Part shown: in pieces, positions 40,684-53,699 of the stretch
How the letters are laid out: each line of letters begins with the position of its first letter
Numbering within the stretch: the stretch's first letter is position 1
NCBI RefSeq assembly: GCF_006345805.1
Contig: NC_043002.1
Coordinates: 97,340,001-97,404,000 of the forward strand
Direction: 5' to 3'
From: Octopus sinensis
Taxonomy: Eukaryota
Length of the DNA: 64,000 nt
Notes under the pieces: generated by a model
Seen by the model: the letters and a program-made list of their open reading frames with translations, nothing else
Database searches by the model: none
What the model was told of the DNA's origin: nothing
Made by a program: the position numbers and the translations under genes

Positions 40684-40915
40684 CTACTTCTCTACTACCC
40701 ACAAGGGGCTAAAGACAGAGAGGACAAACAAGGACAGACAAACGGATTAAGTCGATTATATCGACCCCAGTGCGTAACTCGTACTTAATTTATCGACCCC
40801 GAAAGGATGAAAGGCAAAGTCGACCTCGGCGGAATTCGAACTCAATACGTAACGGCAGACGAAATACTGCTAAGCATTTCGCCCGGTGCGCTAACGCTTC
40901 TGCCATCTCACCGCC
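40684..40915 (-). mobile_element. SINE family B, full length
   Basis: Reverse-complement match to 56603-56865. Confidence 0.88.
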
Positions 40916-41480
40916 TTGTCTAAAACTGAAACCGTATGGTAAAGAAATACCACAGTGACCAGTTTCCGTTTACCTACGGTCGCTGCCGGCTTGCATGTTT
41001 ACAATTATATGTGCATTGACAGGATCAACAAAGCGATTTAGCTATTAATTCTAGCAGTGTCGGTGTTGTAACACTCTTGGTAATATTTAATGACGTTTAT
41101 AGTTTTTTCCTTTTGGTGAAACTCTGCTCACTAGCTGCTTCCTTTAATTATTAGTGTATATATGTATATAGATACCAAACTATATTTAAAGAAGTCTTCA
41201 ACGAAAAAAACTCCAGGCAGGTTTTGACCACCAAACAGAAGACAAAATATTTTAGAATCAAATTTTTATAAATCTTTATTAATAATTGATAAGACGAAAT
41301 TCATCATCGAGACCGGTTATATTTTATACTTTTTTTTTATATAATCTTTAAATCATTTTATTAAATTCTTTCTAAATTGAAATGTCTTAGATTTACTTCT
41401 TTGCCGTTTCCATCTCCATCATTTATATTAAAAAAAATTTGATTTGTATAGATCTTTAATATTTTTTAAACTATATATAT

Positions 41481-41511
<31 letters not shown>

Positions 41512-41513
41512 GT

Positions 41514-41852
41514 ATATATATGAAAAAACAAGTCAGGAAAGAAAATACTAAAATAATTTCATAAAGAATCATTTCAGTACCGGTTTCAGTCAAGTCATTG
41601 ATACCTTTTCAACTGTAACAATTAAATAATTAAATTTAGAAAAATTAAAAGAAAAGTGTTTTTTAAAAGAATATTTGCATAGTGTTCAAATATGCAAATA
41701 TTCTTTTAAAAATAACTTTTCTTTTAATTTTTCTAAATTTAATTATTTAATCGTTACAGTTGAAAAGGTCTCAATGACTGAAACCGGTACTGAAATGTTC
41801 TTTATAAAATTATTTTACAATTTTCTGTCCTGACTTGTTTGTTCATATATAT
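41514..41852. repeat. Palindrome with ~165-bp arms, each arm carrying a hammerhead motif
   Basis: Arms 41514-41680 and 41692-41852 around an 11-nt spacer; bounded by (TA)n. Confidence 0.92.
41757..41792 (+). ncRNA. Type I hammerhead, U3-A8 core variant (mirror copy at 41575-41615 on -)
   Basis: CAG-TTGAAAA-GGTC-TCAAT-GACT-GAAA-CCGG-TA-CTG. Confidence 0.7.
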
Positions 41853-41890
41853 CAACTCGTGTGTTCCTTTTCATCCTTATATATATATAT

Positions 41891-42515
41891 ATAATAGAAA
41901 TATTAAAATTACTAAGTCTCTCTAAAAGAGATTACTGCAGCGTTACTGGAAATTAATTGTTATCGCCATATTAATATGGCAGTCTTATAGATATAAGACT
42001 AAAAGCTATCGCTGATTAGCTCCATGAGGCCATCGCCTTAAGATAGCTATTTGACACACAAACTGTGTCCATTATAACCTTCGAACAAGGGAGGTCAGCC
42101 GCTTCACACTGCCAGTCAAACAGCTACAGACGCGTTTCAGGGTATTTGCCCTTTATCAATGTAGCGTAGTCGACCCAGTAGGTGTCGCCACTGATCGTCT
42201 CAGTTCGAAGGTTTTATTTACCTAGTTTCGGTGGAATACATCCACTTGTTTTCAATAATAGAAATATTAAAATTACTAAGTCTCTCTAAAAGAGATTACG
42301 GCAGCGTTACTGGAAATTAATTGTTATCGCCATATTAATATAGCAGCCTTATAGATATAAGACTAAAAGCTGTCGTTGATTAGCTCCATGAGGCCATCGC
42401 CTTAAGATAGCTATTTGACACACAAGCTGTGTCCATTATAACCTTCGAACAAGGGAGGTCAGCCACTTCACACTGCCAGTCACACAGCTACAGACGCGTT
42501 TCAGGGTATTTGCCT
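41891..42515 (-). repeat. 364-bp tandem unit (1.7 copies) containing a hammerhead; second copy truncated by a SINE
   Basis: ATAATAGAAATATTAAAATTACTAAGTCTCTC starts at 41891 and 42255; family A SINE begins at ~42517. Confidence 0.92.
42123..42165 (-). ncRNA. Type I hammerhead, U3-A8 core variant
   Basis: GCTACA-TTGATAA-AGGG-CAAATA-CCCT-GAAA-CGCG-TC-TGTAGC; all three stems intact, GUC site. Confidence 0.8.
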
Positions 42516-42516
42516 T

Positions 42517-42663
42517 GGTGTGTGGTAAGAAGTTTACTTCGCAACCACATGGTTCCGTGTTCAGTCCCACTGTGTGCCACCTTCGGCAAATGTCTTTAGC
42601 TATAGGCTGAACCGACCAAAGCCTTGTGAGGGAATTTGGAAGACAGAAACTGAAAGAAGTCCG

Positions 42664-42704
<41 letters not shown>

Positions 42705-42870
42705 TGAGTGTGTGTGTTTGTGTATCTTTGTGAATGTGTTTAGCCCTCTACCACCTCCTGATAACCGATATTGGTGCGTTTACGTCTCTGTAATTTAGCG
42801 GTTCCGCAAAATTCTTCAAAGTGGTGCCCTAGCATGTCAGCAGCTTAATGGCAATCAAATAAAAGGAAGA
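42517..42870 (+). mobile_element. SINE family A
   Basis: GTGTGGTAAGAAG...TTCAGTCCCACTG...GAAACTGAAAGAAG. Confidence 0.8.
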
Positions 42871-43398
42871 TGTGCGTCCGTGTCTGTTCTTTGTATGTGT
42901 CATTGTTGTTTAGACCCAAACTATCCGATTATCCTTGATTGAGATCTATGATCAAAAGTATTTCAGTCGTGACCATCCCATCGAGTACCACATTATCTAG
43001 AATCAGTTTTTGGAGTCGATACAGTGTAAATTTGAGGGGGCGATTGGACCGTTATTTCTAACAGATCGATATATCACATACAGGCTCTTTCGTTGTCTCT
43101 ATGCAGGCGCCTATGCGTATATATTTACATGAGTGTGTATGTGTGTGTGTATGTATGTGTGTATGTGTGTATGTGTGTGTGTGTGCTGGCACATGTGCGT
43201 GTGTATGTATGTCTACAGATTGTGTGTGTGTTGCATTTTAGCCTCTCTGCATTGCTACGTATATGAATTATCTAATATGTGAATGTGTGTGTATGTGTGT
43301 ATGTGTGTATGTGTGTGTGTGTATGTGTATGTGTTTATGTGTGTGTGTGTGTGTATGTATGTGTATGAGTGTGTGTGTTTGTGTTTGTGTATGTGTGT

Positions 43399-43437
<39 letters not shown>

Positions 43438-44490
43438 TGTGTATGTGTGTATGTTTGTGTGTGTGTATGTGTGTGTATGTGCGTGTGTTTATGTGTGTGT
43501 GTGTATGTATGTGTATGAGTGTGTGTGTTTGTGTGTGTGTGTGCGTGTGTGTGTGTGTGTGTCTGTGTAAGTGCTTTGTGCGTATCTTTAAGGACGTGCT
43601 CGTCTTCGTGTTATTCCTTTCATTGATTTCACATTCAGCTCATCGTCTCCCTTATGATCATCGCTTCTCTCCTGTTTACTCTTCATAAGATATGTCCCTT
43701 ATTCTCTCTCCCTTTCTTCTTTTCCCTCCCACTCTCTCGCCCTCTCTCCTTTTCTCTCTCACCTTCACTCTCCCTTTCTCTCTTTTTCTCTCTCTTACTC
43801 TCTCTCTCTCTCACTCGCTCTTCCACATAACCTGTTTCTCGTTCACTCTCACTAGTTCATCTCCCTCGTACATCTCACCCCCTCCTCTCTCACTTCCTAT
43901 CGCTTACTCTCCATCCGTCTTTCCTTCTATCTCTCTCCCCTCCTACCTACCCTCTCTCTTTCCCTTTAACACTCGTATTTTTCATTCATTTCTATATTGT
44001 CTCCTTCTTCCTCACTTTCACACACACACATACCTCTTTTTTTCCTTTCTCTCTCTTTCCTGCATAATTCCAGTCCTTCACCTTTCTCTCCATCTCTCCA
44101 TTCTCTTCCCCTCTTTCTCTCTCTTTCTTTTAATCGTTTCTCAGCTCCTCTTTCCATCATTATTTCACAAAATACTTCTCCCTACCCCTTTTTTCTATCC
44201 CTATCTCTTCATCTGACCTTAACCCCTAGTATATCACTACTCAATTCTATCTCTACTTGCACTTCTATCCCTACTTCCGGCCCCATTTTACTCCTACTCT
44301 TAATTCTAACCGTCCTTTCACCCCTATACCTGTTACATATCTACCCCGTTCTATCCCTAACCTGGTCCATCTCCACCATCATTCAAATCCCATCCTGTTA
44401 TTTTGAATTAGGAAAGGACCCATCAGAGACTATACACGACTGAATGGTCACGACAGGAGTGGTTTTAACTATAGGCCGGTTCTGTTAGGA

Positions 44491-44595
44491 CTAACTGACC
44501 TAGGTACAAAGAAGTTCTATCAGTTCTAACTGACCTAGGTACAAAGAAGTTCTATCAGTTCTAACTGACCTAGGTACAAAGAAGTTCTATCAGTT
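44491..44595. repeat. Three exact copies of a 35-bp unit
   Basis: CTAACTGACCTAGGTACAAAGAAGTTCTATCAGTT x3. Confidence 0.95.
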
Positions 44596-44719
44596 AATTA
44601 GGGGACATTCATACTCATGAGTGAGGGATCGAAATATGCTAAGTGGGTGCAAACCCAAGTCCAAATTTTTTTAGAAACAAGGTCGGTTTTGTCAATCTTA
44701 ATATCGAAACAAACATTAG

Positions 44720-45045
44720 CGCATCGTGCTTAGCGACATTCCGTTCGTCCTTACGTTCTGAGTTCAAATTCTGCCGCGGTCGACTTTGCCTTTCATCCTT
44801 TCGAGGTCGATTAAATAAGTACCAGTTACGCACTGGAGTCGATGAAATCAAATTAATCCCTTTGTCTGTCCTTGTTTTTCTCCTCTATGTTTAGCCCCCT
44901 GTGGGCAATAAAGAAATAAGAAAACGCTAGCACGCCGGGAGAAATACTTAGCAGTATTTCGTTTGTCTTTACGTTTTGAGTTCAAATTCTGCCGAGGTCA
45001 ACTTTGCCTTTCATTCTTTCGGGGTCGATAAATTAAGCACTGGGG

Positions 45046-45091
<46 letters not shown>

Positions 45092-45232
45092 TATTATATA
45101 TATATATATATATATTTCTTTATTGCCCACAGGGAATAAATATAGATGGGACAAACAAGGACAGACAAAGGGATTACGTCGATTACATCGACCCCAGTAC
45201 TTAATTTATCGACCCCGAAAGAATGAAAGGCA
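44720..45232. mobile_element. SINE family B cluster (+ copies 44720-45050, - copy 45115-45232)
   Basis: Matches to the family B core and tail. Confidence 0.8.
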
Positions 45233-45840
45233 ATAATATATATATTATATATATATATAATATATATATATATTTCTACAGAAAAATGGAAAATACGCAA
45301 TCAATACAGAGAAAGGTATAGAAAAAGGGAGGGAAACACCTTTGGGTATAGTTCCACTCGACACCTACAATAATAATTCTATATATGACGAACTAATGCG
45401 AAAATCTGTAGTTCAAAAGTGGGGAAACTTTTCGTGTTAACTATAGAGGACTATTGGCTCCTACACGTGTGCCATACGACACTACCGGTGTATGGGCATA
45501 CCTTAATGTCACATATAACAGTCACTCTACCTAAGGATTAAATAAACCCTGTATCTCGAGAATAAGCACAAGAGAGCAGGTGACTGGCAACGTAAAGAGA
45601 AAACACGACTGTATCTCTTCCCCACACCACAAGAAAAAATGATTCTTGAGGCCCGGTACTCCAGGTTCACCATAGCGTCAAGAGTTACATGTTTCCAACG
45701 AGACAATTGCAACTTGACAAAGACGTGTATATCATTTGGTACAAAGCAATGTGCTCCAAAGCGCCACCCTAACGACTAAACATATATAACGACAATATAT
45801 ATATAGATAACATATTCATGTGTGTGTATATATATGTATT

Positions 45841-45933
<93 letters not shown>

Positions 45934-45994
45934 TGTATGTATGTATGTATGTATAATAGAGAGAGAGAGAGAGTTATACATACATGTATGTATG

Positions 45995-46051
<57 letters not shown>

Positions 46052-46442
46052 GATACTAAGGTACCTAAAAAAAACCCTCGATTCAATAACACTGTGTAAA
46101 ACTCTATACTTGGAATGACCAATTTTAAACACTATTGGATCTTACAAGGTATTGGAAACTTATATGTATACCATTCTGCCTAGGTAATGGATCTACAGAT
46201 GCAATATCCTTACATATCTCACGTCTATTTTCTAAAACCTTTCACAGCCTTGGATTCTTATCTCATTCTGTTAATTTGTTTCATATATACACATGCTGAT
46301 ATATGACCTATGCTGGACTCCTCATTCGCATAATCACCGAACCTGGAGGTTAACTATAGCCTGTCCATAACACTTACTCAGCATTACCTGACACCTTTGG
46401 GTCTTATTGACACCATTACCTCTCACAACCTCACTCTCTCTC

Positions 46443-46531
<89 letters not shown>

Positions 46532-46671
46532 ACCAGCATGATGAAATAACCCTATATATATATATATATATATATAGGTTATATTTCATCATGCTGGTCT
46601 CTTAATTCCTTCACATTTTCATCTCTAGGTTATATTTTTTTCCGTTCTCTCTTCATTTTTTCCTCTCAATG

Positions 46672-46707
46672 CTTTCTGTCGAATGGCGTAGGCTCGAAAC
46701 GTCAAAG
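46672..46707 (+). ncRNA. Minimal PLE-type hammerhead-like motif with CUGUNGA core (related copy at 51056-51091 on -)
   Basis: CTTT-CTGTCGA-ATGGC-GTAG-GCTC-GAAA-CG-TC-AAAG; 51056 copy reads CTGTAGA-A-GAGC-GTAG-GCTC-GAAA-CG-TC-AAAG. Flanks resemble the 17200 family. Confidence 0.55.
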
Positions 46708-47340
46708 ACTTTTCCATTCTTCCAGAGCGTTAAACTAATACACTTATCTTCGTTGTTTGTTTTCAGGTAAGTTGAACTGTATGCACACACACACACATTC
46801 ATACATTCATACATACATATGCATACATACATTCATACAACGGTCTTTCGCACACTTTTCATTTTCAATATTGCCCCTACCACCACTACCACGATTTATG
46901 AGAAAACCCTAAGCCGTTGTAGATTCATTCGGTTCAGTGTCATAAACCTGTAATCAAGTAGTCCCGTGCAAACCGATTCCAATAGCATCTACAAAACTCA
47001 TTGTTTAAATACAGATAAGGTCACCGTTTAGCTTTTGCGCAGCAAGGAGAACGTTTCCTAACTACATTGTTCCGGGTTCAGTCCTACTGCGTGGTATCTT
47101 CGGCAAGTGCCTTCTACTATAGCCTAAGGCTGACCAAAACCTAATGAGTCGATTTGGTATACGGAAACTGGAAGAATCCCGATATATATATACGGAAACT
47201 GGAAGAATCCCGATATATATATATATATATATATCGGGATTCTTCCAGTTTCCGTATACCAAATCGACTCATTAGATTCGCCTTTGCTCGGCTTCGTATG
47301 GATTTTGGCGTTCGGTTGAGCAAATTATATTTTTTGATAT

Positions 47341-47416
47341 ACTCTACTGAAGATTCGAAAATGATTATGTAAGTAAAACTACATAATCTATTAACGATGA
47401 AACAATTGTATAGAGT
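47341..47416 (+). ncRNA. Type I hammerhead ribozyme, intact core, long stem II
   Basis: ACTCTA-CTGAAGA-T-TCG...GATTATGTA-AGTAAAAC-TACATAATC...CGA-T-GAAA-CAATTG-TA-TAGAGT, in a ~290-bp element (47276-47565). Confidence 0.85.
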
Positions 47417-47693
47417 TAATCTATTTTTTCTTTACTTTTCTTTTGTCCTGCTCGCTTACATTCTTGGCGTGTTGAATTAATGCTTGAGAACAATTCTTTA
47501 GTGGTGGATTCCCTTTGCGGATCTATATCTAGCGTTAGAGTGACCACATGTGGTCTCTCTCTTATTACTTCTATTAATAATTTTTACTGTTTCCCAGTCT
47601 TTTTTATACGCTAGGCCACTTGATGTTTTAAATTGATGTTATTAATTAATATTCAATTTTTTCACCCTTATTGTGATTTTAATTATATATATA

Positions 47694-47752
<59 letters not shown>

Positions 47753-48215
47753 CCGGAGTAGGCACATAAATGTGAAGCACGATTGCGTATACATATGTGT
47801 ACATGTATTTGTGTGTATATTTTCGTTTTGCATTTATATGTCTGTATATGTATGTGGTCTGTGTACATCTATCTGTGTATTTTGATGTATAGATGTATAT
47901 TGATGGTTTAGTATGAGTGTATACTGTTGTGAAACATTTTAATATATTTTAATATTAATTTTTATGTATTAATTGTATTAATCGAATTATATTTTCTATA
48001 TAATTAATGACAATATGTATTTGAATCAACTCTTCGATTTAAGGTTTTTCCTCGATATTTTTATAATTTATATTGAACTAATTTATTTTGTTTATTTTGT
48101 TTATCGCTTGCCTAAGACAGTTATTATGAAGGACCAAAGAAACAAATCCATTTTTAAAGGTCTATCCTTTAGCTAGTTTTGATCAAATTGTTATTTCGGT
48201 TCTATTTTAACAAAA

Positions 48216-48253
48216 CTGTCCGACGAACGGGAACGTGAAACTCCGAGTAACAG
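48216..48253 (+). ncRNA. Type I hammerhead-like motif, CCGACGA core variant
   Basis: CTGT-CCGACGA-ACG-GGAA-CGT-GAAA-CTC-C-GAG-TA-ACAG. Confidence 0.7.
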
Positions 48254-48356
48254 CTTTTGTTATATTTCTGCTGCTTTTAAATAAAGGATATATATATATA
48301 TATATATATAACGGACGTTAAACGACGATGATGATGATGATATATATATATACATA

Positions 48357-48541
48357 GGCGCAGGAGTGCTTGTGTGGTAAGAAGTATGCATCACAACCAC
48401 GAGGTTTCGGTTTCAGTCCCACTGCGTGGCACTTTGGGCAAGTGTCTTCTACTATAGCCTCGGGTTGCGGGTTGACTAGAGCTTTATGAGTGGATTTGGT
48501 AGACGGATACTGAAAGAAGCCCGTCGTGTATATATATATAT

Positions 48542-48587
<46 letters not shown>

Positions 48588-48602
48588 GTGTGTGTGTGTG
48601 TA

Positions 48603-48653
<51 letters not shown>

Positions 48654-48875
48654 CTTTGTGTCAATGTTTGTCCACCACCACCGTTTGACAACGCTGTTGG
48701 CGTGTTTACATCCCCGTAACCTAGCGGTTCGGCTAAAGAGAACAGTAGAATAAGTACCAGGATTAGCAAAAAGTAAAGGAAAGAAAAGAAAATTAAGTGC
48801 TGTGGTCGATTTATTCGACTAAAAGAAAAAAATTATTCAAGGCGGTGCTACAGTATGGCCGCAGTGAAACAAAAG
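48357..48875 (+). mobile_element. SINE family A, full length with internal (TG)n
   Basis: GGCGCAGGAGTG...GTGTGGTAAG head through the GGCCGCAGT.AAAC tail. Confidence 0.88.
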
Positions 48876-49168
48876 CTAAAAGGTGTGAAAATGCAGAGAG
48901 AGTCTGTTGCTGATGTTATTGTTATTGTCGTTTGTGTTTGTTCCCACGTCAATCTTCATGAAGCTCACCCGTGACCATCTCCACCCAGGAGCGCCCGCAT
49001 AGTACAATGAGACCTTTCGAGTAAATGATGTCGCATGTGATCTGGAGTGGATGGAGGTGGGTAGGTTGTATTTAGCTGCTATTTCTAACAGAACGGGAAA
49101 CCACGTTGAGCAATTCTCGATGATTCGTCTTGCTGTAGTTAAGAAGTGCCCTCTCTGATGTGTCTGCA

Positions 49169-50540
<1,372 letters not shown>

Positions 50541-50925
50541 ACGTAAGTAAAATAAAGTTTGTGAAGAGGAATTTGTCATACACTGGATTCGATGTCTGTT
50601 GTTTACTTTGACCACCTCTAGCCAAGGCGGGAGGTGGTCTATATCGTCCGTCTATCGACCAGAAATAGCAGTCAAATTACCCTAAAATTACGCCCGTATC
50701 CCCACCATTGTCTTAAAAGGCAAAGGTTAGTGTCGATACCACTGATTTCAATGGGTTTAACAAACAAAGATGCCATGGCGATGGAGATGGTTGAATATCT
50801 TTGATCATAACTGTACTCAATAGGTGTGTTTGAGTGTGTATGTGTGTGTGTGTGTGCGTGCAAATATGTATACATATATACGTATATACATATAGATAGG
50901 TAGATAGATAGATAGATAGATAGAT

Positions 50926-50981
<56 letters not shown>

Positions 50982-51156
50982 TTGAAAATATGACAGAGAC
51001 AAGTAAAAGAACAACAGAGTGTGTTAGTTTAGCGCTCAGGAAAAATGGAGAAAGTCTTTGACGTTTCGAGCCTACGCTCTTCTACAGAATGAATTAGGGA
51101 GAGAAAACAGTTGGAGACAGAAAAATAAACGGAGTGATTATATAATATATATATAT

Positions 51157-51210
<54 letters not shown>

Positions 51211-51504
51211 GGTAAGAAGCTTGCTCACAACCACATGTGTTCAAAAATCCTTCGTTCATATATATAAATATATATGTATTCACGTATGTATGATGTATGT
51301 ATTAGAGTGTGTCTGTGTTTGTCCCCCACCATGGCTTGACAGGCGATGTTGGTGTGTCTGCGTCTCCGTATCTTAGCGGTTCGGCAAAAGAAACCGATAG
51401 AATAAGTACTAGGCTTACAAAGAATAAGTCCTGAGATCGTTTTCTTCGACTAAAACCCTTTAAGGTCGTACTCCAGCTCGGCCGCAGTCAAATAACTGAA
51501 ACAA

Positions 51505-51994
51505 TATAACCAGCCGAAACGGCAAAGATAATCTGGAACTCGACTGAGGAAAGAAAACATCGAATGACCCATCCTTGTTTTCTTTGTATCGTCTGTCTGG
51601 ATGTTTTGCGCTCTTGTCCCATTTTTGTATTTTTTATATATGAAAATATAGCGGCGTACGTACTTGTCAAATCTTATATCCCTGCCGTCAGCTTAATTTA
51701 ATTCGTCCTTAGTCGAAAGACACCCGTTGTTAATGTCCTGTAGTTTGTATTTGTGTAATAATTCACCTTTTTTTCCGTCCTTGTTTTCGTATACATTCGC
51801 TGCTTTCTTCTAAGGAATCTTGTACTCTTAGCTTAGTTTTTCCTTGGGGCTGACCAGATTGGAGCAATTTCGCGTATAACCAGCCCAAATTGCAAAGATA
51901 ATCTGGAACATCACGGAGGAAAGAAAACTCCGAATGACCCATCCTTGTTTTCTTTGTATCATCTGTCTGGATGTTTTGCGTTCTTGTCCAATTT

Positions 51995-51995
<1 letters not shown>
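51505..51995. repeat. ~120-bp direct repeat at 370-bp spacing (pLTR/retrozyme-like partial tandem)
   Basis: TATAACCAGCC...GAATGACCCATCCTTGTTTTCTTTGTATC...CTTGTCC.ATTTT at 51505 and 51875; ends in (TA)n. Confidence 0.85.
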
Positions 51996-52030
<35 letters not shown>

Positions 52031-52279
52031 TAAATATAAGGGTAGCAAAAAAATTCTCCGCTACCAGCGGTCTAGTGAGAAAGAAAAGTTACCAAAGTTT
52101 GTCGAAACTATGCATAGTCCAGAGATGAAAAGGGTAAATGTTTTTATTTCTCTTTCAATTTCAGAATTACAACTATTTAGCGGTTTGAGTTTGGCTGCTC
52201 TTTCTAGTGAGTCGAATGGCCTATTAGGGCCATTCTTTATATTGTTGTATGTATATATATATATACATATATTCGAGTG

Positions 52280-52960
52280 AAGTCCCATGGGCATAGAAGC
52301 ACCAACAGCCGAGCACGACCAGGGTGCGTGCAAGAGGACAAAACAGTACTATATACTATCGTTCATGACCCGTGCATTTGCAAATGTTTGCTGCTTGGTT
52401 TTTGTCGAAATGGTGACACGAGTAGGCACATTCGATGCTTTTGAGATGAACCGAGTGATCCAGGCCATTTTATCTGAGTTTTCCTCCGAAACACCCTAGA
52501 TGGATTGCCCCACTATTGGATGGATCTGGCTATCGGCTAAGTCCATTAGCGAAAATGGCTGTATGGGAAACCAGATTGAAAGGACGGAAGACAGATACTT
52601 TCCGCTTCTGGCCAAGTGCTCATCAACTTTTCCATGTTTCCCTTGAAAAGGAAAGCGTGGGTGTGGAGGGAAGTGCTGTATGGTGGGTGAATGTTGCAAG
52701 AATGGTCTGAGTGAACGGACCGTGTATAAACACGCACCTGCAAGTTGAAGGACAGTGTAAAGAGAGCCCAGTGGTCAGAGTGACCGTGGTTTTAGTGGGG
52801 AGTTGACGAGCAGCTCTAGGAAGTCTCCCTTTTTTGGGGGAAATTATTGATTGTCATAATTATACATCGTTACTGTTTTAATTTTACGCGGCTTTTAAGT
52901 AATCCTATATTGTATTGTCCTGTACCATCCCTAATGAACCCTTAATGGTTAGTAAAGAAA
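52280..52960 (+). mobile_element. L1/Tx1-like LINE 3' fragment
   Basis: Remnant LAKMAVWETRLKG...GQVLINFF...LKRK...WVNVARMV; 3' end ...GGTTAGTAAAGAAA followed by (TTA)n. Confidence 0.55.
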
Positions 52961-52998
52961 ACATTATTATTATTATATTATTATTAATATTATTATCA

Positions 52999-53042
<44 letters not shown>

Positions 53043-53699
53043 TGAATATATTGTGTCTACCGGGGGTTTGTACTGTCTGTCAAGTCACAACAAGGACCTC
53101 AGACAGACAGTCTTTTACGCAATGTACGTGCAGTTCCAAGTAATGCTGATGAAAAGAATTAATTAAACAAATTTAAAAGTAAATTTGATTATTTTTAAGT
53201 ATATCTTTAAAGTTATAATCTAATGAGAGTCCTCAAATCAGAACAAAAAAACCATCTTGTCAATGTAAGTATAAATCTTTAATCTTTAATCTCCCTCATC
53301 CATTTTCCAAGGACTTGACAAGAGGAAGTCCAACAAAAGCTTCTTTCTATTGTTTGTGTTTTTATTAACTTTGTTGCGCGTGCGTGTATGTGTGTGTTTC
53401 TGTTTCTTAGTTCAGCCTACTTCCTGTTTTTCATTTGCTCGTGTCTACAATGTAAAGAATCCATTTCGACACAAATTACCTATAATGTAGAATGCACCAG
53501 TACTGATCACTGTAATTGATAAATAAATATTCGGAAGAATGACAGAACAAATTGTTACTTTAACTAACGAGTAGACTTCAGCTAATATTCTGAGTCAGCA
53601 GTCATATGATGTTTAGAAAGCTGGCCGAAGTATACAGTATGAATGAGCTACATGTTCCTAACCTTCTTTAAATCCTGCTAAGACATAACTATGGAGTAT

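Noticed and set aside
44491-44595. 35-bp repeats as a CRISPR array
   Set aside because: The repeats are contiguous with no spacers, and the context is eukaryotic with no cas genes.
48968-49040. Apparent minus-strand exon with good splice sites (…YYAGAPGWRW…)
   Set aside because: The region aligns by eye with a dispersed repeat also seen at ~40490-40640, ~42940-43090 and ~50600-50780 (CCGTGACCATC…GCTGCTATTTCTAACAG).
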